From NCBI RefSeq assembly GCF_009914755.1, contig NC_060928.1: 64,000 nucleotides of DNA; one strand, written 5' to 3'. Both the position numbers and the translations under genes were made by a program. Positions 42,308 to 57,356 of the stretch are shown piece by piece. The first letter of the stretch is position 1, and every line of letters starts with the position of its first letter. Below the pieces are notes generated by a model, which had not been told where the DNA came from, ran no database searches, and was given only the letters and a program-made list of their open reading frames with translations. Source of the DNA: the human T2T-CHM13v2.0 reference genome, Homo sapiens.

Positions 42308-43820
42308 GTTTTTTTAATTGACAAATAAAATTATATACATTTATCATGTGCAACATGACATTCCAAAACACATCTATCAGAATGACCAAACCAAACCAAC
42401 CAACATGTACATTTCCTGACATAGTTGTGGTGAGAACACAAAATGTACTCTATTACTATTTTTCAAGAATATAATACAGCATTATGGTCTCCATGTTTTA
42501 AGATCTAGCCCTTGAATTTGTTTTTACTATTTAATTGAAATTTTGTAACCTTTGACCAACATCTCCCCAATCTGCTCCCCCACCACTACCTTATCTCCTG
42601 ATGATCACCATTTTACTTTCTACTTCTTAAGATCAACTTTTTTAGATTACATATATGAATGAGATCATAAAGTATTTGTTTTTACATCCTGGCTTATTTC
42701 ACATAACATAATGTCTTCCAGGTTCACCCATGTTGTTGCAAATGACAAGATCTTCCTTTTTTATGGCTGAATAATGTTCCATTGTGTAGATATACCATAT
42801 TTTCCTTATCCATTTCTCTGTTGATGGACTGTTAGGTTGATTCTATATCTTGGCTGTTGTGAATAATACTGCAATAAACATAGGGGTGCAGATATCTCTT
42901 TGACATGCTCAGTTCATTTCCTTTGACTATATACCTCCAAATGGGATGGCTGGATCATGTGGTAGTTCTATTTTTTTTTTTTTGGCAGGAACCTCCAAAA
43001 AGTTTTCCATAGTGGATATACTAATTTACATTCCCACCAACAATGCATATTCCTTTTTCTCTGCATCCTCTCCAATTCTTGTTATCTTTTCTTTTTCATT
43101 TTGGTTTAATTTGCATTTCTCTGAGTATTAGTGATGTTGGATATTTTCTTATATATCTGTTGTACATTTATGTTTTCCTTTTACAAATATCTATGCAGGT
43201 ATTTACCCATTTTATAATCAAGCTATGTGTTTACTTGCTATTGAGTTGTCTGAGTTTTTACATATTTTTCATATTACTTCCTTATCGTATATGTGGCTTG
43301 CAAATATTTCTTCTTTACTCTGGTGATTTTTTTTTTTTTAGCTCATTTCATCCCATTTGTCTGTTTTTGCTTTTGTTGCTACTGGGATCATAGCCAGAAA
43401 TTATTGCCCAGACCAACAGCATAGAGCTTTTATCCACTGTTTTTTTTTTGTAGTACTTTTATAGCTTCAAGCTTTACATTTAAGTCTTTAATTGGTTTTG
43501 AGTTGATTTTTGTATACAGTGTGAGATAAGCATCGTCTGCATGTAGATATATGGTTTTCTCAACATGACTTACTGAAGAAACTGTATTTTCTCCATTGTG
43601 TGTTCTTAACTCCTTTGTCAAAATTCAGTTAGTATAAATATGTGGATTTATTTCTGGGCTCTTTACTTTGTTTCACTTACATGTGTGTTTGTTTCTATGC
43701 AAGTATTACATTGTTTTAATTACTATAGCTTTGTAGCATATTTTGAAGTCAGGTAATATGATGCCTTCAGCTTTGTTCTTCTTGCTCAAGATTTCTTCGA
43801 CTGTTTGAGATTTTCAGTGG
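42308..43820 (-). mobile_element. 5'-truncated L1MA 3' end
   Basis: ttttttaattgacaaataaaatt... 3' UTR, and ORF2 C-terminal remnant in ORF 43430..43621 (YLTLYTKINSKPIKDLNVK). Confidence 0.85.
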
Positions 43821-46636
43821 AAACTTTTTGTATAACGGGGGCTAATTATTCTCTGTAAGAAAAATGAGTTAGAGGAAGGCACAGGAGCATGCTGATAGTG
43901 CTCTGCTGAGTGATGACAGGGTACAGTTAAAACATGGGAAATGAATAGAGGCAAGGTAGATGTGGCTGGGTAGAGAGAGAAAGCTTTTGAGGCACAATTA
44001 TACTATATACAATCAGGGACTCAGAAAGTTAGGCTATACATTAGCTTAGAAGAGATAAAAGTTGATATGTTTAAGGGGAGGATAAGAAAAGCAAATTTTT
44101 GAATAAGTGACAGCTAAGAGCCGAAAGGTAAGGCTAGAATGTCACAGTGTTTGTTGTGCATGACAGGCACCATCTTTTCAAGAGTTTTAAAGATTATGAT
44201 CATCAGCCACATTCAGTTTTTAACAAAGTCAAAGCCCTCAATGTGTCTATGAATTCTGCTAAGGACACACCAGGTTGATGGTAATTACAATAGTCATCTT
44301 AAACATTTATGGTTCTTTAAAGTTCACAAAGTACTTTTCGCTACATTATTTTAATTGGTAAGGGTTTCTGTCCCTCATGGGTAAAGACAAGAAGATATGC
44401 ATCCTGGAAAACCTTTTTATATATATCACTGGCATATTAAACTAATTTAAAAAAAGACACTACCTGAAATTTTATCCGAGCTGTGTTGTGTATTTTTCTA
44501 TGCCTTATTGCCTTTTATATTTCTTTTCAAATGAGCATGAGCATAATACTTACGGTGGAAAATTATTTGTTGTTCAAGAAATCAAAATAAAGTTTATCAT
44601 GTATTTTTATTTCATATTTTGATTATTTTTTCTTCACACAATTATATACTGGTGTTTTGTTTGCTTTGCCCAGATGGCAAATGCACCATTAAGTTTATCC
44701 AGCCTGAATTAATTATCTTTTTATAGTAGAAGAAAATCCTTTCCTTTTGACAAGTAAGATGTTTGTGCTGTATTTATGAATAAATAAAGACAGCTGTTAT
44801 ACACAGCATTATTAATAGCAATGCTTTAAACATCTCATCTGAAAAGAAATCCACTCTTATAAATATAACGTAAGCTCTTGGTGTTCTAGACTTTATTAGA
44901 TGAATGAAAACCACAGACTTGTTATCCATGCTACAGCATAATAAGAAAAATATCATGCTTTCTATGAGACACTCAATTCAAAATAGCGAACATAAGGCAG
45001 TACTCTTTTAAATGGTTATTGTCTTTGCTGGTCATTTGTTTCTGATTCTTCAATACTTCACATGTTAAGAATCTGGAGACCAGCAACACTTCTCTACATG
45101 GAAACAGACAGTTAACATGCAGCCACAGACTTCATCTAAATGGCCACAATGATGCTAATCCCTGTTTTCTACTGAATGGGTTTTTGATAGATGATCTGGC
45201 CATTGTAAAAGGGATTTTTTTTTCTTTAGTAAGAGAGAGTATGTTTGCAACGCAGAGGTACCCTTTTCCCTCACAGACAGGTCTTGGTAACTCTAAGCCA
45301 GTAAAGGTAAGATGAAGTATAACTCCTTGTCATCATGATGAGATTACAGTTCTCTGGAGTATGTCATTGGGCTTCAGATGTTCCCTATTTGAAGGAACTT
45401 GGTTTCTCATAAGGCCACTGTTTCTCAGCAGTGCCAACTTGTTTCTAAGAATTTATTTTTCTTTTTAGTCATCTTTATTTTTACTTAAAATAGCAAAGAT
45501 AAAATATGTTCAAAGGAAAACATATTTACAAGTTCTGGCACCAAGGTCCAGCAGCAGAATTCCCAGGTGCAGGCTTCAAGGAAATGCATTGTTTGTATGG
45601 AATTTAGAAACAGTAATGAAACTGACTAAATGTCTGTCTGCCTTTATGATGACTACGTCAACAATTACTATGTGTAAACAATACCCATGGTAAAACACTC
45701 TTCTCTAAAAAAATTTCTTTGGTCTAAATTTTAAACAATTTCTGAGGTTTCGGTTGTTCTTCATAGCACACATATAATCTTCTAACTAGCGCATATTTAT
45801 TATGTTTCCTTTAAAAAGCATTGTACTCTACATGGATGTTATTTTACAGACCTTGGTTACGCAGGTAGCCCATCAACTCCAGTGGACTCAGTTGACAGTG
45901 ATTTCTAGAGTTCAGACTTCTTCACACCAGCTTTGGGCGCAGATGGCACTATTTTGACTCCTCTGGTTCTACATAGTCTTGTGTTTAAACAGGTTGAAAT
46001 AAGCAATGATAGCCTAATGATGGTAAGGATGAAGAAACTATGTTACCTCAATTTTCTTTTTCTCTGTTACTGCTTGGGATTTTGATTTATGTTTCACATG
46101 TGAAATGGTGAGAAAGAGAGGGCAAACTTTGAGATGCAATGGTTTAGCATACTCAAACTTTATTTTACCCAAAAAATAGTTTATTGAATGTAATTAGTAC
46201 CTTTGACTTTGAAATTTATTCTTTTTAAATTGTTGCTTGCTTTAAAATTAAAAAAGAATATAAAATGTTACATCAGTAGTACAATTTAGTAGTTATCTAA
46301 ATTGCATCTTTTGCAGATGTTTTAGTGTTACTAAATTTATTTACTAGTTACTGATAAGTTATTTACATAAAATATTATTTTATCAGATTGCTACTAAAGG
46401 ATAAAATTCTAAACTGTTATGTTGTTATAATTTAAATAGTTGTGTTTTCTGTCCTCCATAAACTTGTAAGAACTTACTATTTTTGTACTAGTTTCGTAAA
46501 ACTAAATAGTACAACTGGTTCATAATTATTCTGAATTTTGTAAAGAAATTTACATGGGGAATCCATATCAACATGCAGCTATATTGATGGTGAGGAAAAG
46601 ATAAGGGAAGAGGGAAGTGTTAGCAAAATTAAGAAT

Positions 46637-49500
46637 CATAAATTCCTGGACACATACATCCTCCCAAGACTGAACTAGGAAGAAATTGAATCCCTGAACA
46701 GACCAATAACAAGATCCAAAATTGAATCAGTAATTAATAGCTTACCAACCAAAAAAGCCCAGGACCAGACAAATTCACAGTTGAATTCTGCCAGATGTAC
46801 AAATCTGGCAGAACCAAAAAAGAGCTGATACCATTCCTACTGAAGCTATTCTAAAAAACTGATGGATTCTTCCCCAAATCATTCTATGAGGACAGCATCA
46901 TCCTGATACCAAAACCTGGCAGAGACACAGCAAAAAAAAAGAAACCTTCAGGCCAGTATCCTTAATGAACATGGGTGCAAAAATCCTCAACAAAATACTA
47001 GCAAACCAAATCTAGCAGCACATCTAAAAGCTAGTCCATCACGATCAAGTAGGCTTTATCCCTGGGATGCAAGGTTGGTTCAACATAAGCAAATCAATAA
47101 ATATGCTTCATCACATAAAAAGAAGTAAAGACAAAACCACGTGATTATCTCAGTAGATGCAGAAAAAGCTTTCGGTAAAATTCCACATCCCTTCATGTTA
47201 AAAACCCTCAATAAACTAGGCATTGAAGGAACATACCTCAAAATAAAAAGAGCCATCTATGACAAACCCACAGCCAACATCACACTGAATAGGCAAAAGA
47301 TAAAATCATTTCCCATGAAAACTGGAACAAGACAATGATATCCACTCTCACCACTCTTATTCAACATAGTATTGGAAGTCCTGGCCAGAGCAAACATGCA
47401 AGGAAAAGAAATAAAAGGAATCCAAATGGGAAGAAGGAAAGTAAAATATCCCTGTTTGCAGATGACATGATTCTATATCTAGAAAACCCCATAGTCTCTG
47501 CCCAAAAGCTCCTGTAACTGGTAAGCAACTTCAACAAAGCATCAGGATACAAAATTAATGTACAAAAATCTGCGCATTCTTACATGCTAACAGTACCCAA
47601 GCCAACAGCCAAATCAGGAATGCAGTCCCATTCACAATTGCCATGAAAAGAATAAAATACTTAGGAATACTAGCTAGGAGGTGAAAGATCTCTACAATGA
47701 GAATTACAAAACATTGCTCAAAGAAATCAGAGATGACATAAACAAATGAGAGAACATTCTATGCTCATGAATAGGAAGAATGAATATCCTTAAAATGACC
47801 ATAGTGCCCAAAGCAATTTAGAGACTCAGTGCTATTCCTATCAAACTACCAATGACATTCTTCACAGAGCTGAAAAAAAAATTCTATAATTCATACAGAA
47901 CCAAAAAAGAACCTGAATAGCCAAGGCAATCCTAAGCAAAAAGAACAAAGCTGGAGTAATCACATTGCCTGACTTCAAACTGTACTACAAGGCTACAGTA
48001 ACCAAAACATCCTGGTACTGGTGCAAAAGCAGACACGTAGACAAATAGAACAGAATAGAGAGCCCGGAAATAGAGCCACACACCTACAACCATCTGATCT
48101 TTGACAAAGCTGACAAAAGCAAGAATGGAGAAAGGATTCTCTATTCAATAAATGGTGCTGGGGTAACTGGCTAGCCATACGCAGAAGATTGAAACTGGAC
48201 CCCTTCCTTATACCATATACAAAATTTAACTCAAGATGGATTAAAGACTTAAATGTAAAACCTAAAACTATAACAGCCTTCCAAGGCAACCTAGGAAATA
48301 TTAATACCATTTTGGACATAGGAACTGGCAACAATTTCATGATGAAAATGCCAAAAGCAATTGCAACAAAGGCAAAAAATTGGACTAATGGAATCTAATT
48401 AAATTAAACAGCTTCTGCACAGAAACAAACAAACAAACAAACAAATTAACAACAACAAAAAGACCTATCAACAAAGAGGAAACCTACAGAATGAGAGAAA
48501 ATATTTGGAAAATATACATCAGACAAATATCTAATATCCAGAATCTACAAGGAACTTAAACAAGTTTATAAGAAAAAAAAAACCAAATAATCCCATTAAA
48601 AAGTGAGCAAAGGACATGAAGAAACACTTTTCAAAAGAAGACATACATGCTGCCAACAAGCATATCAAAAAATGCTCAACATTAGTAATCTTAGAGAAAT
48701 GCAAATCAAAAGCACAATGAGATACTATCTCACGCCAGTAAAAATGGCTATTATTAAAAAGTCAAAAAGTAACACATGCTGGCAAAGTTGTAGAGAAAAG
48801 GGAACACTTATACACTGTTCGTGGGAGTTCAACCGTTGTGGAAAGCAGCCGTATGATGAATCCTCAAAGAGCTAAAAGCAGAACTACCATTCAACCCAGC
48901 TGTTCTACTACTGACCCTCAGGGAGTTTCTAACCCTCTATATACCTAGAGGAATAGAAATCATTCTACCATAAAGATACATGCACACGTATGTTCATTGC
49001 AGAACTATTCACAATATCAAAGACATGCGATGGGCAACCTAAATGCCCATCAACAGTATACCGGTTAAAGAAAATTTGATATATATACACCATGGAATAT
49101 GCAGCCATAAAAAAGAATAAGATCATGTCCTTTGCAGGAACCTGGATGGAGCTGGAGGCCATCTTCATTAACAAACTAAAGCAGGAACAAAAAGCCAAAT
49201 ACCGCATGTTCTCACTGATAAGTGAGCTAAATAATAAGAACACATGGACAGTAAGAAGGGAACAACAGACACAGAGGCCTCAAGTATGAGGGTGGAGGAT
49301 GGGAGATGAGAGGTTCAGGAAAAAAAAAAATACTGTTGGGTTCTAATCTTAGTACCTGGGTGACAAAGTAATCTGTACACCAGACCCCTGAGTCACATGT
49401 TTACCTATATAACAAACTTCACATGTACCCCTGAACCTATAATAAAAGTTAAGATATTTAAAATTTTAAAAAATTATAGAAATAAAAATAAATTAAAAAA
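46637..49500 (+). mobile_element. 5'-truncated LINE-1 (old L1PA13-16/L1PB-like): ORF2 RT to 3' end
   Basis: ORF fragments [25 protein letters not shown] (RT active-site motif) and [11 protein letters not shown], with frameshifts and stops; 3' UTR ends aataaaagtt plus A-rich tail. Confidence 0.93.
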
Positions 49501-50216
49501 ATATATCAACAAGATTTTTAAATAATGGAAAAGAGAAAGACACTACTGAAGACCAAGTAAGATTAGACCAAAGCGCTAACAGACTTGGGCAAGACCAAGA
49601 CTTTATTAAAGAAGAGAAGACGAGTTGATAATTTAATCTATTTTTCTATCACTAATTGTCCACAACTGCTTCCAGGTGACTTGAGAATTAATCTAGTTAG
49701 GAAAAAAATGAATCTCTTCCCAATAAAGATAGACCTCCCTTCAAAGTCGAAGGAGAGGGAAAAGGGGGCAAAGGAAGCAGTCAGTATTGATGATGTTACA
49801 ATGTTAAAAATTTTACTAAATGGTGAAAAGGGTTGAGAATGTGGGAATTTTATTCAAAATCCAAATTTTTTTTATTTTCCTTTTGCTTCAGACTTTACAG
49901 TTCATAAAGTAAAAATTGAAATATACAGGTTTACAACTAGCTGAATAGTTACAGTTATTGAAATAGTCTTTGAAAACATAGTTGAAATTATATCTCAACG
50001 TCCCTAAGAATGAGGTATCCAAACATTATTTTAGAAAAATATTTTTGTCAATGAGGAAAATATTGGAATTGGGACTGAAACTCCAAATAACTGTTGATAA
50101 AATCCATTGAGAAGTAATAAGTGGAGAAATAAACAGAGAGAAAATTTCTAGGGAAATGTATTATGTCCACGTAAGTCCATATAGTGTATCCACATAAAAA
50201 ATGTTCTGCTATTTTC

Positions 50217-52221
<2,005 letters not shown>

Positions 52222-52334
52222 GACTCTACGGTGCTGCTGATGGAAAGAGTTCACTTTTTTTCTTTCACTATGGTTTTTCACTTTCCAAACTTTTTATACA
52301 GATTTTGTATTTCTCCACTACCTTAATCACCTCT

Positions 52335-52520
52335 CAAAGGCATTTTTAACCTGGAGTCTACAGATAACTAGTTTGTCCACACATAGGTTTCAGGGAGTTT
52401 GTAACCCTCAGAAAATAAATAAAAGTTTGTGTAACAATGTGCTTACTTTATTTAAGAGAAGGTTCATAGTTTTAATCAGACTTTTAAGAGTGTTCCATGA
52501 ATCAAAAAAGGTTTAAGAAT
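52335..52520. mobile_element. hAT-Charlie fossil (MER103/Charlie-like)
   Basis: gagaaggttcatagttttaatcagacttttaagag...aaaaaggtttaagaa motif. Confidence 0.45.
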
Positions 52521-52567
52521 GCCTCTTTAAGAATTCTTCACTTTTCCTGTTAAGTCAAAGGGTTAGG

Positions 52568-52700
52568 CAGTGTTGTACCTTGTAAATTGTGTATATGTAC
52601 TTTATGGTGCATCTTAGGGTCTTGTTAAAATGCAGATTCTGACTCAGTAGCTCCCAGGAGACATGATGCTATTGATCCAGGTGTCACACTGTGAGCGTCA
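52568..52700. mobile_element. MER5A-like fragment
   Basis: cttgttaaaatgcagattctgactcagtag core. Confidence 0.55.
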
Positions 52701-54701
52701 TAGGCGTAAAACTCTTAAAGTTTAACGTTAGAGAGCTTTTGCCTCTGAACTGTTCCAGTAAGCCACAACCATTACTGGAAGGATACCATCCAGAGAGACA
52801 TGGGACTAGATGTTGTCTTAGTTATCTGATCCTGGGCAAGTCACTCTAAGCTTATTTTCTTGAGTCTAAAAATGCAGTAATTATATTATTGACTAGCAGA
52901 ATTGTTATAAGTTAGATGTCAACTGCGGTTCTTGGTATAGAGTAGCTACTAAACTTTTTTCCCAATTTCATTCTCTGCAGCACTTTCTGGTTTTCTTTGC
53001 CTCTAGTGAGGTGATTACTTAGGAGTTACAATCAGCATAACTGGCGATAGCCTCAGGTTTAAAATGAGTACAGTAAGACGTATGCCAAGAGTTTCCTTAG
53101 GAAAGTTGTTACCACTTAATATCTCCTGCTTCCAAGCAGAATTCGAGTTCCAGCCTTTTCTACCCATCAAATTTCACCAGGAGTCTGCCAATACAAGTTG
53201 ACTGTTTACTGCTCTTTTTGATTTAGCTGCTGGTTGCTTTGGGTAATGCTGCCTTTAAGCCAATATGAGCACTGCACTCTCTCACTTTGATTCCAACTTC
53301 AACACTTATTTGCACCAGTTATATTAGTTGTCATCTTCTATAGTGAATACTGCAATATTCCCATATTTCTATTTTCTATCCCCAACTAATTTTCAAGCAA
53401 TTCTGTCTGCCAGATTTCACTTACCTCACTACAACAAAACTTCAATGTTTATCTAATTACCACTGCTGAATGTAACTGCTTAAATTATTTATATTAATTA
53501 TTGATTTGATGTATGACCTTTGTTACTCATCTTCTCACTTTGTCCTCAGATTTTCAAGAATCAAATATGTATAGGTTGCATTGCATCACAACACTCAAGT
53601 GTCACATGGAGCTGGGGGCTTAAATGCTTTGGAGCATGTCACGGTTATTCCTTCTTGTAGTCTAGGTCACTGCTGTTGCTAATGAATTATTTTATGTTCT
53701 CATCATTAAGCTACAAAGGCAGAACAATTTGGTCACAACTTTATTTTATTAGAAAAGTAACAAGGTCATGATTAACATGGAACTTATATTAATGTGACTG
53801 ACTATCAGAGTCTCATCATTGAGAAAGACTCGAAGCAGATGGTAGTAAACAAATGTGGTGGAAAACAAAGGTACTAATTGATAATTTTTCAGTTCTCGAA
53901 GTTGCCGCTTGTATGAATAGATCACGGAATAAAAATGGAGAGAAAAAAAGACTGTTGTGTTATACTTGAAGACTATTAGGCTCAAGGTTACCAGCCAAGC
54001 GTAATTCTTGTTTAATTCTCCCATTATCACCTCATCTTGTTTATGACAGGGACAACTTTAATAGAATGTCACTTGAAATCACCGAAATACACACAAGTGC
54101 TGTAATTTACATTAGCTACAAAATGAATATCCTTTCCACAGGGACCCTTGAGTTAGCAAGTGCATCAGGGACAATGTATGTTGCCTCTGAACTCTCTCTG
54201 GACGCCATAGCCATTACTTGGCAGATACTATGTAAGAGGAAGATGACTTTTTTTTTGGAGACATCAATTAGAGTGTTCTCCTTTCCCTTTCTGAAGGGAG
54301 TTCTGGGTGCTGATCCAGGAAATAAAATGTTTCTGGTTTCTGACACTATAGTCTGTCTGTCTGAAAAGGAAGGATTAGACTTATCTATTCAACTGCTAAG
54401 TTTTAGTTCTGCCTACAGAGTGTTCTGATGTCTGACGAGGCCTATGGCTGCCTTCTGGAGTAGTGTATCCCCATGAGAATAGCTCCCCAAATGCTTAACT
54501 ACTCAGTGATAATTGAATAAATCTGCATTACACCGGACCTGATGTATTGGCAGCTACAGACAAGAAAGTACAACAGAATTAAAGTCATTGATAGGACTTC
54601 AAAACGACATTTTGAAGAACAAATCTCTAGGAATGCAACTCCTTATAGAAAAATTATACTATTTTTAGTAGCTCAATTATTACTTTGATAAAGCAAGAAT
54701 A

Positions 54702-55095
<394 letters not shown>

Positions 55096-55515
55096 CTAAT
55101 TAGCCATAAGTTGGGACTGTGGAATGGTCTTTAATTTTGGAAGTAACTGAGGTTTATGGAAACCATTGTTGGGAAGACTAAGTGGATTTGCTGCGTGGCC
55201 AGCAAATTTCCACAACAAATTTACTGTCTATAGGTAACCTGCCATTGAGAACGCTTTGCAAAATGCGTAACTACAGCAGAGTTTCAGTATGACGGAATTT
55301 TCCACTTTTCAAGGCTAAATTGGCCAGAGCTCAGGGGGGACAGGGTTGCGGAGAAAGGAGGTAGAGTCACACTTCAAGGGCCCGCCTGATAAAGGGACTG
55401 AGGACTCTGACAGTGGGCAGGCTTGTAATGGGCCCTGCCCCATTTTTTTCTACTCCTGTTAGGCATCATACCCTGATCTTGGCTACCTCTTTTATATGAT
55501 TCCCTTTGTATACTG

Positions 55516-55690
55516 CAGTGGTTCTCAAATTTTAGCATGCATTCATTTCACTTGGAGGGATTATTAGAACACAGATTGCTGGATCACAAGCCCAGAAATT
55601 CTGCTTTAGAGTGTCTGAAGTGGGGAAAGGAACAGTAATTTGCATTTCTAACAAAATGATGTTGATACTGCTACTGAGAGTTACTATTCT
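55516..55690. mobile_element. MER5A-like hAT-Charlie element
   Basis: cagtggttctcaaattttagcatgcat...acagattgctgg...aatttgcatttctaacaa. Confidence 0.7.
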
Positions 55691-57289
55691 ATGTCTCCTC
55701 TGGAATACTTTCCTTTTGAACACTCCTTACTTTGTTGTCATATCTGCCCTGCTCGATATTCTTCCTCCTTGCCCAGTTAGAGCTTCCACTTCAAGAGAAC
55801 AAAACCCCAATCTCTCCAAGGTCATATGTATTAAGAAGCAGGTTAAGAATTTGAACTAATGTCTCTCTCTAACCCAATAGAGCACTGAATGGAAGTGCAC
55901 CTTAGATCTATTCTTGGGAGTGTTATAGGAGCTGACTCTTGAAAGGAGCCTGGTAGAGGTTAAAGAATGTTTCTTGAAGGAGGTGAGAAGGTGAAACCAA
56001 AAATTTAAAGGATGAGTAGAAGTTTACTCAAAAAAAGTACATGGAAAAGGATACTCCAATACCTTTACTCTGACCACTGAATTTTTTGCTGTTGCCACTT
56101 TGTCCTCATTACTTTCACCTCTTGGGTGCTGTCTCTCTGCCCCTGTGACTGTCTCAATCATGCTCCCTCTCACAGAACAGTGGTAGAAGTCAACCACCCT
56201 GTTCAGTGCATAAATCTCTCATTCTGGACTCAGATTGGAGTAAAGTTTTTTATTTATTTATTTATTTATTTATTTTACCTTAAGTGCTGCACAGATTGTT
56301 CTCTCTTAAAGCAAGGGCAAAATTATTTTTCATTTTCTTCCCATCATCACTTTTCTCAAGGGCTAATAATTTGATCTTTTCTGTACAGCTGTTTCCCTAA
56401 ATAACTTAAGAACAAAATTGTTACTCCAGATGATTTTGCTTTAATGTCTTAGCAATCACACACTGGAAAATTAATCAAAGAGAAAGGATGATTGGTATTT
56501 GAAAAGGAAGGCAGAGTCCACAAAGAGACTAGTTTTGAACAATCTGCCATGGAATTCTGCTGCTTCACTCCACCTGGAGGTTGCTATACCCTGGGAAGAA
56601 TTATCAAAATGCATAACCCCTAGCTTTTCTGGTAGTCTTTAAAGGTGACTTGGAATCTTTTGTGTTTGCGACATTTTTAGACATTTCTGAGAGATCCTGA
56701 TGACTTTCTGAGGTCACTTTGTGGTTCCATAAAATACTCATCTTAGCCCAGTGTTTCTTATCAATGGGACAGGTCTTCTGTCGTCACAGGCTTCACCACA
56801 CCAGCCTGTTTTTCACATTTGTGTAACTCCCTGGTCCCTGCAACCATTTTATTGCACAACTGCTGAAAGGCCAAAACCTAGCTGCAATTGCCACTTCTTC
56901 CAGAGCAGTTTCTGAGAAAGATATATGTACAAAAGAAGAAAGTAGACAGAGATACTTGCATAAACATAAATAGCTATCACTGGCTTGGGTTTTGGCTCCT
57001 CTAAGCCTCAGCAGGGAATCCTTGTGAGCTATGCTGGATGATAGCACTATGGTTCCTCTTGTCTTTTATCCTGCAAGCATAGTCTTTGAATCTCAATGCT
57101 CAGCTCCAAGGCCAACAGGATAAGAAAACACATTAGTGGGGAAAAACAAAGAATGGAGCATTTGTTTAATCCTTAGATAGAGGAAATTTTATTTCACTAC
57201 CCTGCCCAAGCATTCTTAGGGTTGCTTATATTACCAACTCCAGGAGAAGAGGAATGCCCCAAGAGAAAAGGAGAGTCAACCCCACCCGT

Positions 57290-57301
57290 CACACATACAC
57301 A

Positions 57302-57356
<55 letters not shown>
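57290..57356. repeat. (CA)n microsatellite with uninterrupted (AC)22 at 57309-57352
   Basis: Read directly from the sequence. Confidence 0.97.

Noticed and set aside
54066-54428. 120-aa ATG-initiated ORF in apparently unique sequence, with an overlapping antisense ORF
   Set aside because: No recognisable domain or exon context. A few open frames of this length are expected by chance over six frames of 64 kb. PhyloCSF or Ribo-seq support would be needed.
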